A stretch of 64,000 nt of DNA. It comes from the human T2T-CHM13v2.0 reference genome, Homo sapiens. Both the position numbers and the translations under genes were made by a program. This document shows positions 41,081 to 52,901 of the stretch, in pieces; the first letter of the stretch is position 1, and each line of letters begins with the position of its first letter. The DNA lies in the NCBI RefSeq assembly GCF_009914755.1, contig NC_060930.1; one strand, 5' to 3'. The notes beneath the pieces are model-generated. The model was not told the DNA's origin and made no database searches. It saw only the letters and a list, made by a program, of their open reading frames with translations.

Positions 41081-42181
41081 AAATGCACAATCTGCTTGAC
41101 TTACCTAGGCTAGAAAAAAATTATTGGCTTGGGGTTTCAGGAAAAAACAAAATAAAAGTAAAACTGTCATCCCATTAAAGTAATTGTTGAATATTTTTTC
41201 TTAATTTATTTTTTGAAGAGCTATTAAATAGGCTGTGACATTTGTTGGTGGTAAAAAATGAGCCAGTAGCAATTATTTCCCCATGTCCTTGTTGACTTGA
41301 ATAATACCAACTTTGCTTTGCTATGTACAACCTAACTGAAAATGCAGACCCAATGACTAATGTCTCGGGTGTGTCAAAATGGCATGCAGGCAGTGTTTAC
41401 AACTCATCTCTCTATTTAGCATTTCTCTCTGTTTCCAGATTAATGTTAGTTTCCTCTTAACTCATCAAGCTAAGTCCTTTCACAGGGGAATACAGATTCT
41501 ATTGCAATTACCTGGAAGAATCTCTACTCAAGTACTTGTTGGAAGTTCTTTGGGTGGAGTAGGGGTTTTAACAGGGAAATAAGCACTGCAAAATTATGTC
41601 CAGCTGTGTACAAATATTTATGGGAACAGCCACAGCAACTAAAATAATCGGTACAAAGAAAAACAATTACCAAACAAACATGACATTGTTTAGATGCAGC
41701 AGAATATTCCATGGCATCCCTCTCAATTCTCCATTATGGCTGTATTTATTAAATCTCAAAAAATTAGAAAAATTTCTGAAATTAGAAAGTAGTTGGCAAG
41801 AACTGGGTAGGCACTAATTATCATCATTTTCTAGAATAAGGACATTAATTAAAGAAAATATAAAGAAAGGGTTGTATTCTAGCCCAGGTACCAAAACATG
41901 ACTTAGAATACTTGGCAATTAAAAATATAAGTAATAATAAAAGGCTACATTTCAGAAATTTCTGTGTAAGAATTTGTAATTTATTGATCAGTGCAGCATT
42001 GACACAAATTAGAAAGAAAGTAGTAAAATATACAAGGGGAATCATATTGATTTTATTTAAAAATATAGGTTGGAGTTCATATAGATTTACATATCTCTTA
42101 GGATAAATCTACTTCTGAGAGACTCAGAGCCCAGTGTCTAAGAACAGTGGGTTTTAACATAAATACAATACTTCATGTAGC

Positions 42182-42478
42182 ACTCACTCAGGCTCAGCTC
42201 AGAACCACCTGCGTGTGCCCCTCCCACCAGCTTCAGGCTTCCCACAACCTTGCCCTGTGACAGCCATGCTGGGCACCCAGTGCATAGGCTTGCCCGTGGA
42301 GGTCGCCACGGAAGTCTGGACTGCTGAGGCATGTGGCTCATCTGCCGGCAGGTATTCTTTTGATGACAATGGATAGTGACTCTTCTCTTCTGCCTGAGAG
42401 TGGTTCAAAATTGAGTCTTCCAACTTCAAAATGACCAGGAAGCTTTCAGAGCCTGTTGAGGAACAGAAGAGTCCCCAG
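42182..42478 (+). other. Non-L1 leader fused to the 5' end of the L1 inside its apparent TSD (putative 5' transduction of host exon(s))
   Basis: Lies between the left TSD copy (42159-42181) and the start of L1 homology (42479). GC-rich and rich in TG/CA dinucleotides; ends in CAG at the L1 AATAG|GAACAG position. Confidence 0.7.
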
Positions 42479-45400
42479 GAAGAGCTCCAGTCTACAGCTG
42501 CCAACGAGATTGACACAGAAGATGGGTGATTTCTGCATTTCCAACTGAGGTACCTGGTTCATCTCACTGGGACTGGTTGGACAGTGGATGCAGCCCACAG
42601 AGGGTAGGGCATCGCCTCACTTGGGAAGCGCAAGGGGTCAGGGGATTTCCCTTTCCTAGCCAAGGGAAGCTGTGAGTGACTGTACCTGGAGGAGTGGTAC
42701 ACTCCTGCCCAAATACTGTGCTTTTCCCACAGTCTTCACAACTGCCAGACCAGGAGATCCCCTCCCATGCCTGGCTCAGTGGGTCCCATGCCCATGGAGC
42801 CTTGCTCACTGCTAGCGCAGCAGTCTGAGATTGACATGGGATGTGGGAGCTTAGCAGGTGAGGGGCGTCTGCCACTGCTGAGGCTTGAGCAGGTGGTTCT
42901 GTGGTCACAGTGTAAACAAAGTGGCAGGGAAGCTTGAACTAGGTGGAGCCCACCACAGCTCAGCAAGGTCTACTGCCGCACTAGATTCCACCTGTGGGGG
43001 CAGGGCACATATCAACAAAAGGCAGCAGACAGCATCTCCAGACTTAAACGTCCCTGCCTGACAGCTCTGAAGAGAGCTGTGGTTCTCCCAGCGTGGCGTT
43101 TGGCCTCCGATAAAGGACAGACTGCCTCCTCAAGTGGGTTCCTGACCCCGTGTAACCCAACTGGGAGACACCTCCCAGTAGGGGCCGACAGACTCCTTAT
43201 ACAGGCAGGTGCCCCTCTGGGATGAAGCTTCCAGAGGAAGGATCAGGCAGCAATATTTGCTATTCTGCAGCCTCCACTGGTGATACCTAAGCAAACAGGT
43301 TCTGGAGTGGACCTCCAGCAAACTCCAACAGACCTGCAGCTGAGGGACCTGTCTTTTAGAAGGAAAACTGACAAACAGAAAGGAATAGCATCAACATCAA
43401 CAAAAAGGACATTCACACCACAAAACCCCATCTGTAGGTCACCAACATCAAAGACCAAAGGTAGATAAAACTACAAAGTAGGGAGAAACCAGAGCAGAAA
43501 GTCTGAAAATTCCAAAAACCAGAATGCCTCTTTTCCTCTAAAGGATCACAACTCCTCACCAGCAATGAAACAAAACTGGACAGAGAATGAGTTTGACGAG
43601 TTGACAGAAGTAGGCTTCAGAAGGTGGTAATAAAAAACTTCTGTGAGCTAAAGGAGCATGTTCTAACCCATCACAAGGAAGCTAAAAGCCTTGAAAAAAA
43701 GGTTAGATGAATGGCTAACTAGAATAGTCAGTGTAGAGAAGAGCTTAAATGACCTGATGGAGCTGAAAACCACAGTATGAGAACTTCGTGAAGCATACAC
43801 AAGCTTCAATAGCCAATTTGATGAAGTGGAAGAAAGGATACCAGCGATTGAAGATCAAATTAATGAAATAAAGTGAGAAGACAAGATTAGAGAAAAAAGG
43901 GTGAAAAGAAATGAACAAAGCCTCCAAGAAATATGGCACTATGTGAAAAGACCAAATATACATTTCACTGGTGTACCTGAAAGGGATGGGGAGAATGGAA
44001 CCAAGTTAGAAAACACTCTTCAGGATATTATCCAGGAGAACTTCCCCAACCTAGCAAGGCAGGCCAATTTTCAAATACAGGAAATACAGAGAACACCACA
44101 AAAATACTCCTTGAGAAGAGCAACCCCAAGACTCATAAGTGTCAGATTCACCAAGGTTGAAATGAGGAAAAAATGTTAAGGGCGGCCAGAGAGAAAGGGA
44201 AGCCCATCAGATTAACAGCGGATCTCTCGGCAGAAACCCTACAAGCCAGAAAGGGTGGGGCCAATATTCAACATTCTTAAAGAAAAGAATTTACAACTCA
44301 GAATTTTATATCCAGCCAAACTAAGCTTCATAAGTGAAGGAGAAATAAAATCCTTTACAGACAAGCAAATGATGAGAGATTTTGTCACCACCAGGCCTGC
44401 CTTATAAGAGCTCCTGAAGGAAGCACTAAACATAAATAGGAACAACCACTACCAGTCACTGCAAAAACATGCTAAATTGTAAAGACCATCTACGTTATGA
44501 AGAAACTGCATCAATTAACAGGTGAAATAACCAGTTGGCATCATAATGACAGGATCAAATTTACACGTAACAATATTAACTTTAAATGTAAATGGGCTAA
44601 ATGCCCCAATTAAAAGACACAGACTGGCAAATCGAATAAAGAGTCAAGATCCATCAGTGGGCTGTATTGAGGAGACCCATCTCATGTGCAAAGACACACA
44701 TAGGCTCAAAATAAAGGGATGGAGGAAGATCTACCAAGCAAATGGAAATAAAAAAAAAAGCAGGGGTTGCAATCCTGGTCTCTTATAAAACAGACTTTAA
44801 ACCAACAAAGATCAAAAGAGACAAAGAAGGCCATTAAAAAATGGTAAAAGGATTAATTCAACAAGAAGAGCTAACTATCCTAAATATATATGCTCCCAAT
44901 ACAGGAGCACTCAGATTCATAAAGCAAGTTCTTAGAGACCTACAAAGAGACTTAGACTCCCACACAACAATAATGGGAGACTTTAACACACCACTGTCAA
45001 TATTAGACAGATCAATGAGACAGAAAATTAACAAGGATATCCAGGACTTGAACTCAGTTCTGGACCAAGAAGACCTAATAGATATCTACAGAACTCTCCA
45101 CCCCAAATCAACAGAATATACATTCTTCTCAGCACCACATCACACTTATTCTAAAATTGACCACGTAATTGGAAGTAAAGCACTCCTCAGCAAATATAAA
45201 AGAACAGAAATCACAACAAACTGTCTCTCAGACCACAGTGCAATCAAATTAGAACTCAGGATTAAGAATCTCACTCAAAACTGTACAACTACATGGAAAC
45301 TGAACAACCTGCTCCTGAATGACTACTGGGTAAATAAAGAAATGAAGGCAGAAATAAAGATGTTCTTTGAAACCAATGAGAACAAAGACACATTTAAAGC

Positions 45401-48400
45401 AGTGCGTAGAGGGAAATTTATAGCACTAAATGCCCACAAGAGAAAACAGGAGAGATCTAAAATCGACACCCTAACATCACAATTAAAAGAACTGGAGAAG
45501 CAAGAGCAAACACATTCTAGCAGAAGGCAAGAAATAACTAAAATCAGAGCAGAACTGAAGGAGATACAGCCACAAAAAACCGTTCAAAAAAATCAATGAA
45601 TCCAGGAGCTGGTTTTTTGAAAAGATCAACAAATTGATAGGCCACTAGCAAGACAAATAAAGAAGAAAAGAGAGGAGAATCAAATAACGCAATAAAAAAT
45701 GATAAAGGGGATATCACCACCAATCCCACAGAAATACAAACTACCATCAGAGAATACCATAAATACCTCTATGCAAATAAACTAGAAAATCTAGAAGAAA
45801 TGGATAAATTCCTCGACACATACACCCTCCCAAGACTAAACCAGGAAGAAGTTGAATCTCTGGATAGACCAAAAACAGGTTCTAAAATTGAGACAATAAT
45901 TAATAGCCTAACCAAAAAAAGTCCAGCACCAGATGGATTCACAGCCGAATTCTACCAGAGGTACAAAGAGGAGTTGGTACCATTCCTTCTGAAACTATTC
46001 CCATCAATAGAAAAAGAGGAAATCCTCTCTAACTCATTTTATGAGGCCAGTATCATCCTGATACCAAAGCCTGGCAGAGACACAACAACAACAAAAAAAT
46101 TTTAGGCCAATATCCCTGATGAACATTGATGCAAAAATCCTCAATAAAATACTGGCAAACCAAATCCAGCAGTACATTAAAAACCTTATCCACCATGATC
46201 AAGTGGGCTTCATCCCTGGGATGCAAGGCTGGTTCAACATACACAAATCAATAAACGTAATCTATCACATAAACAGAACCAATGACAAAAATCACATGAT
46301 TATCTTAACTGATGCAGAAATGGCCTTCGACAAAATCCAACAGCCCTTCATGCTAAAAACTCTCAATAAACTAGGTAACAGTGGAACGTATCTCAACATA
46401 ATAAGAGCTATTTATGACAAACCCACAGCCAATATCATATGGAATGGGCAAAAACGGGAAGCATTCTCTTTGAAAACCGGCACAACACAAGTATGCCCTC
46501 TCACATCACTCCTATTCAACATAGTATTGGAAGTCCTTGCCAGAGCAATCAGGCAAGAGCAGGAAATAAAGGGTATACAATTAGGAAAAGAGGAAGTCAA
46601 ATTGTCTCTGAGGATGACATGATTGTATATCTAGGAAACCCCATCATCTCAGCCCAAAATCTCCTTAAGCTGACAAACAACTTTAGCAAAGTCTCAGGAT
46701 ACAAAATCAACGTGCAAAAATCACAAGCATTCCTACACACCAATAACAGACAAACAGCCAAATCATGAGTGAACTCCCATTCACAATTGCTACAAAGAGA
46801 ATAAAATACCTAGGAATCCAACTTACAAGGTTTGTGAAGGACCTCTTCAAGGAGAACTACAAACCCCTGCTCAAGGAAATAAGAGAGGACACAAACAAAT
46901 AGATAAACGTTCCATGCTCATGGATAGGAAGAATCAATATTGTGAAAATGGCCTTACTGCCCAAAGTAATTTAGAGATTCAATGCTATCCCCATCAAGCT
47001 ACCACTGACTTTCTTCACAGAATTGGAAAAAACTACTTTAAACTTCATATGGAACCAAAAAAGAGCCCATGTAGTTAAGACAATCCTGGGCAAGAAGAAC
47101 AAAGCTGGAGGCATCACACTACCTTACTTCAGACTTTACTACAAGGCTACAGTAACCAAAACAGCATGGTACTGTTACCAAAACAGATATATAGACCAAT
47201 GGAACAGAATGGAAGCCTCAGAAATAACAATACACATCTATAACCATCTGATCTTTGACAAACCTGACACACACAAGCAATGGGGAAAAGATTCCCTATT
47301 TAATAAATGCTGTTGGGAAAATTGGCTAGCAATTGCAGAAAATTGAAACTGCACCCCTTCCTTACACCTCATACAAAAATCAATTCAAGTTGGATCAAAG
47401 AGTTAAACGTAAGACCTAGGACAATAAAAATCCTAGAAGAAAACCTGGGCAATACCATTCAGGACACAGGCATAGGCAAAGACTTCATGACTAAAACACC
47501 AAAAGCAATGGCAACAAAAGCCAAAATAGACAAATGGGATTTGATAAAACTAAAGAGCTTCTGCACAGAAAAATAAACTATCACCAGAGTGAACAGGCAA
47601 CCTACAGAATGGGAGAAAATTTTTGCAAGCTACCCATCTGACAAAGGGCTAATATCCAGAATCTACAAAGAACTTAAACAAATTTACTAGAAAAAAACAA
47701 CCCCATCAAAAAGTGGGTAAAGGATATGAACAGACACTTCTCAAAAAAGACGTCTGTGCAGCCAACAGACACATGAAAAAATGCTCCTCATCACTGGTCA
47801 TCAGAGAAATGCAAATCAAAACCACAATTAGATATCATCTCATGCCAGTTAGAATGGCAATCATTAAAAAGTCAGGAAACAACAGATGCTGGAGAGGATA
47901 TGAAGAAATAGGAATGCTTTTACACTGTTGGTGGGAGTGTAAATTGATTCAACCATTGTGGAAGACAGTGTGGAAATTCCTCAAGGATCTAGAACTAGAA
48001 TTACCATTTGACCTAGCAATCCCATTACTGGGTATATACCCAAAGGATTATAAATCATGCTACTATAAAGATGCATGCACATGTATGTTTATTGCAGCAC
48101 TATTAACAATAGCAAAGACTTGGAACCAATCCAAATATCCATCAATGATAGATTGGATTAAGAAAATGTGGCACATTTACACCATGGAATACTATGCAGC
48201 CATAAAAAAGGATGAGTTCGTGTCCTTTGCAGGAACATGGATGAAGCTGGAAACCATCATTCTTAGCAAAGTATCACAAGGACAGAAAACCAAACACCGC
48301 ATGTTCTCACTCATAGGGGGAATTGAACAATGAGATTACTTGGACACAGGGCAGGGAACATCACACACCAGGGCCTGTTGGGGGGTGGGCGGCTGGGGGA

Positions 48401-48545
48401 GGGATAGCATTAGGAGAAATACCTAATGTAAATGATGAGTTGATGGGTGCAGTAAACCAACATGGCACATGTATACCTATGTATCAAACCTGCACGTTGT
48501 GCACATGTACCCTAAAAGTTAAAGTATAATAATAATAAAAAAAAA
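42479..48545 (+). mobile_element. Near-full-length L1PA6-like element lacking its first ~26 nt; ORF1 and ORF2 disrupted
   Basis: 5'UTR from GAAGAGCTCCAGTCTACAGC. ORF1 ATG is mutated (ACAAAGTAGGGAG, ~43478) and ORF1 ends at ~44482. ORF2 (44546-48333) is in many fragments. 3'UTR and poly(A) present. Flanking direct repeat 42159-42181 / 48554-48576 (20/23 match). Confidence 0.95.
44546..48333 (+). pseudogene. L1 ORF2p, multiply frameshifted
   Basis: Track ORFs 44546, 44841, 45800, 46119, 46439, 47023, 47307 and 47713 tile the EN, RT and C-terminal CCHC regions in different frames. Confidence 0.93.
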
Positions 48546-48599
48546 TAACACTTATAAATACAGTACTTTAAGTAGCCTTCACTGGCTTTGTCACCTTAT

Positions 48600-49090
48600 C
48601 TTCCAGAAATCTATAGAATATCCTCATGATGAAAGCCACTTTAGATTTTTCCCTGCATTTCACTACCCCCAGCACTCCTACCACCACCACATGCCAGTCA
48701 ACTCTATCTCTTCAATGTCTCTCAAATCTGTTTTCTTTGGGGGGAGTGGGGTGTGTCATCTTTTCAGACCAGGATTACTACAATGACCCTCTTACTAGTT
48801 CCTCTTCCTCCATTCTTGATCTTTTTAAATCTGTATTTAAAACAGCTACCAGAGTAATATGTGTATAATAATAAAATGTATTGAGTGACTACTATATACC
48901 AGGCACTTTACATTGATAAGGCCATTTAATTCTCATGGTAATATCATTACTCTACTTTGTTTGATAAGGAAATTATGGCCGACAGAAGCCAAGTGGCCCA
49001 GGTGTCACATGGCAGTAAGAAGCAGAGCCAGGAGTTGAACCCTCAAGGTCTGAAACCCAGTTTGCTTTTCTATTACACTATGCTTCTTCT
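48600..49090. mobile_element. L2 fragment (plus, ~48600-48860) and MIR fragment (minus, ~48870-49090)
   Basis: CAGACCAGGATTACTACAATGACCCTCTTACTAG (L2); GATAAGGAAATTATGGCC...CCCAGGTGTCACATGG (MIR). Confidence 0.5.
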
Positions 49091-50199
49091 TCAAGTCAAT
49101 CAGATCATGCTGCTCTTTGTATTAATTTTGCTGTTCTGGTCATTTGTGAAATTGTCAGTTTGGGAAGGCAATTATTTTTCTTTGCGTGCTTTTGTTCTGC
49201 TGAGTAAATTGAAAAACTACATGATATTATTTTTATGTCTATTTTATGGTATTGTCTATCAATTAAACCTATCCATAACCAAAAGCGTTTCAATGATGCA
49301 GACCGACAATGAATGGATTGATTTGTAAGTCAGAGGTGCGCGAGTGTTAGAGAGATGTAGATCTTTAATTAACTGTGGTTGTTTAATTTGGGTGATTCAC
49401 ACACCATATGAATGAAATCACGTTCATGAATTCAGTTCTTGTGTGGGCCACATTATTTAGTCATGCTTGCACTCTTAACCTCAGCCAACCTCCTTACTAA
49501 TGCATATTATTAGCTGAAAGCACAGTGCAATGTGAGTGGAAAAGTGCAAATCCCTTCCCACACTTGGAAAAAATTACACAATATGTATGTCCTAATGCCA
49601 CTGGCAGAGAAACAGGGCACATTATTAAATCTTTGATTGTTTTTAGTTCTCCTGAAAAATTCATTATGTGACAAAGTGTTATGAATCATAAATAAATTTG
49701 AATCTCCTTAGAAGATTACTTTGACTGCATTTTAAACAAGTTAAACATTGAGATACAACAGATTTAGGTACAAATAGAAAAGAAAGTATAATGATACCCT
49801 CAGTTTTAAGAAAAACATTCACTTATCTACATAGGAATAGTTACTAGTCACTTGAGCATTTTTACCTGGGGTATTCACTTTTTTCTGTTTCATAATAAAT
49901 TCTTTTCATCTGAGTGAATGATGGTGATCTACGATACTACCTTCATTTTCATAGGCTTGAAATAGGCCTTCCAAAATTGTAGAAAAATATAGAAATTCCA
50001 ACTTAATATTTCTCAGATTCTTTATCTTCCTTTCTAATCAAAGCAATGAACAGCTGACATAAATGAACCACCATCACCTTTTAGGTGCTACAGCCTATTT
50101 AATTCCCATTTATAATACTATTGCTCTTATAGTGCAATCTTTTCAACTATCCTAAAATACTGATTCTTTTCTTTGTGTTACCTACTATAGAGGGATGAA

Positions 50200-51010
50200 T
50201 GTATTTATTTAATACATATTTATTGAGTTTTCACAAAATAAATTCATATTTTTTTAGCACTAGTCCTTGGAAATACATTTGTGAGCAAAAACAGTACATG
50301 GCCCTTTCCTCATGGAGGTTTAGAACATAGTGGGGATGAGAGACACTGATAAAATAATACCTTATTAAAATATTTATTAAATATTTCTATATAAAGAACT
50401 CAAAAATATCCCTGGCTGAGTTTATATTCCTATGAGAGGACAGAGTCTTAAACAAAATAAGAAACTAAAAATATATAATATTTCAGATGATAATAAATTA
50501 TATGCAGAAAAATAAAGCAGGTGTGGGGTGAGATATATGGGTACAATTTTAAATAAGGTGGTCAGCAAGGCACCATTGAAAAATGTGACATTGTAGCAAA
50601 GAACAAAACGAGGTGAGGGCAAGAGTCTCATGTGTATCTAGGGGAAGAGAACAAGGGCAAAGCTCTCAGACAGAAGAATACAGAGTGTGTTCTCAGAACA
50701 AGACCAGAAAGGCTGAGGAAGAATAAGCAAGGGTGCAACCAGTATGAGCTGAAGTCAAGGATGTAACAGGCGGCCAGGACAGGTAGGACCTTAGTGGGAC
50801 ACACAGAGAGGTAGGTGGGGAGCCATTGATGGTTTTTATTATCCTTTTTAGATCTTAATAACATCATTCTGACTGCTGTATTGAGAATAGACTGTAGAGG
50901 GGCAAGAGGGCAGTGGTGAGGCACATCTATGATTTAGACTAGAGGTGATGATAGATTCGACCAGGATGCCAGTGGTGAGATGGTGACAATTGGTTAGTTT
51001 CCACATATAT
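50200..51010 (-). mobile_element. L2 fragment(s)
   Basis: ATATTTATTGAG, CCTTTCCTCATGGAG, GGAGCCATTGATGGTTTT, CATTCTGACTGCTGTATTGAGAATAGACTG. Confidence 0.65.
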
Positions 51011-51251
51011 TCTATTATTTCTAATCAGTGGTACAGCATAATTGATTATATATAGGGGCAAAAATGTTAGGTTCATATACCATATCAAATATTTTCTAGT
51101 TTTCTTATATTTGAAATGTATAAAAAAGAATCTATAAAATTACCAGTAGATAATTTATATGTTATTACCCTTAACTGAAACTCACTCAACAGATTCTCAT
51201 TCTATTTAAATTCCAAACTTTACAATGACCAAAAAGGCCAACCTAATCTAC

Positions 51252-51332
51252 TGCTTTGCTGTCCAATATAGTAGCTACTAACCACATGTGGCTATTGAGC
51301 ATTTGGAAGAAGGCTAGTGCAAATGAGATGTG

Positions 51333-51364
<32 letters not shown>

Positions 51365-52900
51365 TATATATGTATACATATGTATACATGTATATATGTA
51401 TACATATGTATACGTATATATGTATACATATGTATACATATATACACGTATATATGTGTATGTATACATGCATACACATATGTGTATGTATACATGCATA
51501 CACATATGTGTATGTATACATGCATACACATATGTGTATGTATACATGCATACACATATGTGTATGTATACATGCATACACATATGTGTATGTATACATG
51601 CATACACATATGTGTATGTATACATGCATACACATATGTGTATGTATACATGCATACACATATGTAAACATGTGTATGTATACATGCATACACATATGTA
51701 AACATGTGTATGTATACATGCATACACATATGTAAACATGTGTATGTATACATGCATACACATATGTAAACATGTGTATGTATACATGCATACACATATG
51801 TAAACATGTGTATGTATACATGCATACACATATGTAAACATGTGTATGTATACATGCATACACATATGTAAACATGTGTATGTATACATGCATACATATA
51901 TACATATATGTATACATATATGTATGTGTATATATGTATACATATATGTATGTGTATATATGTATACATATATGTATGTGTATATATGTATACATATATG
52001 TATGTGTATATATGTATACATATATGTATGTGTATATATGTATACATATATGTATGTGTATATATGTATACATATATGTATGTGTATATATGTATACATA
52101 TATGTATGTGTATATATGTATACATATATGTATGTGTACATATATGTATACATATATGTATGTGTATATATGTATACATATATGTATGTGTACATATATG
52201 TATATATACACATATATTTATATGTATATATGTATACATATATGTATATGTATATATATGTATACATATATGTATATGTGTATATGTGTATATATGTATA
52301 TATGTATATATGTATATATGTATATGTATATATGTATATGTGTATACATGTATATGTATATATGTATATGTGTATACATGTATATGTATGTGTATATATG
52401 TATATATGTGTATATGTGTATATATGTATACATGTACACGTATATACATATATATACATGTACACGTATATACGTATATACATGTACACGTATATATATG
52501 TATATACATGTACACGTATATATATGTATATACATGTACACGTATATATATGTATATACGTGTATATGTATATACGTGTACATGTATATACATGTACACG
52601 TATATACATATATGTATATATTATATATATGTATATATAAATGTATGTGTATATATGTGTATGTATATATATGTATATATATGTATGTACATACACATAT
52701 GATAGAACTCAAAGCTTAGTAAAAAATGCAAAATATGCCATTAACATGCCATTAATAATAATTTTTCAAATAGTTTTTCCAGTTGAAAGGATAATACCTT
52801 TGATACATTTCTTCAAACAAAATATAGTTTTATTATTAGCTTCATGTATTTTTTACTTTGAAAAAATGTGGCTAGTAAGACATTTAAAATTAGACATTTC
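51252..52900. mobile_element. MER33-like hAT DNA transposon, split by a tandem-repeat expansion and cut at its right end by an L1
   Basis: GCTGTCCAATATAGTAGCTACTAACCACATGTGGCTATTGAGCA lies before the repeat; CTTAGTAAAAAATGCAAAATAT...AATGTGGCTAGTAAGACATTTAAAATTA lies after it. Confidence 0.75.
51328..52700. repeat. ~1.37-kb compound purine-pyrimidine (TA/TG/CA) tandem repeat with 26-, 34- and 26-bp higher-order units
   Basis: 8 x TATGTGTATGTATACATGCATACACA (51453-51660), 7 x 34-mer (51661-51898), ~10 x TATATGTATGTGTATATATGTATACA (51917-~52190), then degenerate TA-rich units. Confidence 0.97.
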
Positions 52901-52901
52901 T

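Noticed and set aside
41220-41410. MEF2-, AP-1- and FOX-like motifs
   Set aside because: CTATTAAATAG has the wrong spacer length for MEF2, and such short motifs are expected by chance in AT-rich DNA.
51453-52190. Regular 26-34-bp repeats superficially like a CRISPR array
   Set aside because: No unique spacers and no cas genes; eukaryotic VNTR.
51243-52719. Very long ORFs (up to 460 aa) rich in Y/I/H/T/C/M/V on both strands
   Set aside because: Artefact of an alternating RY repeat, which rarely forms stop codons; open in nearly every frame.
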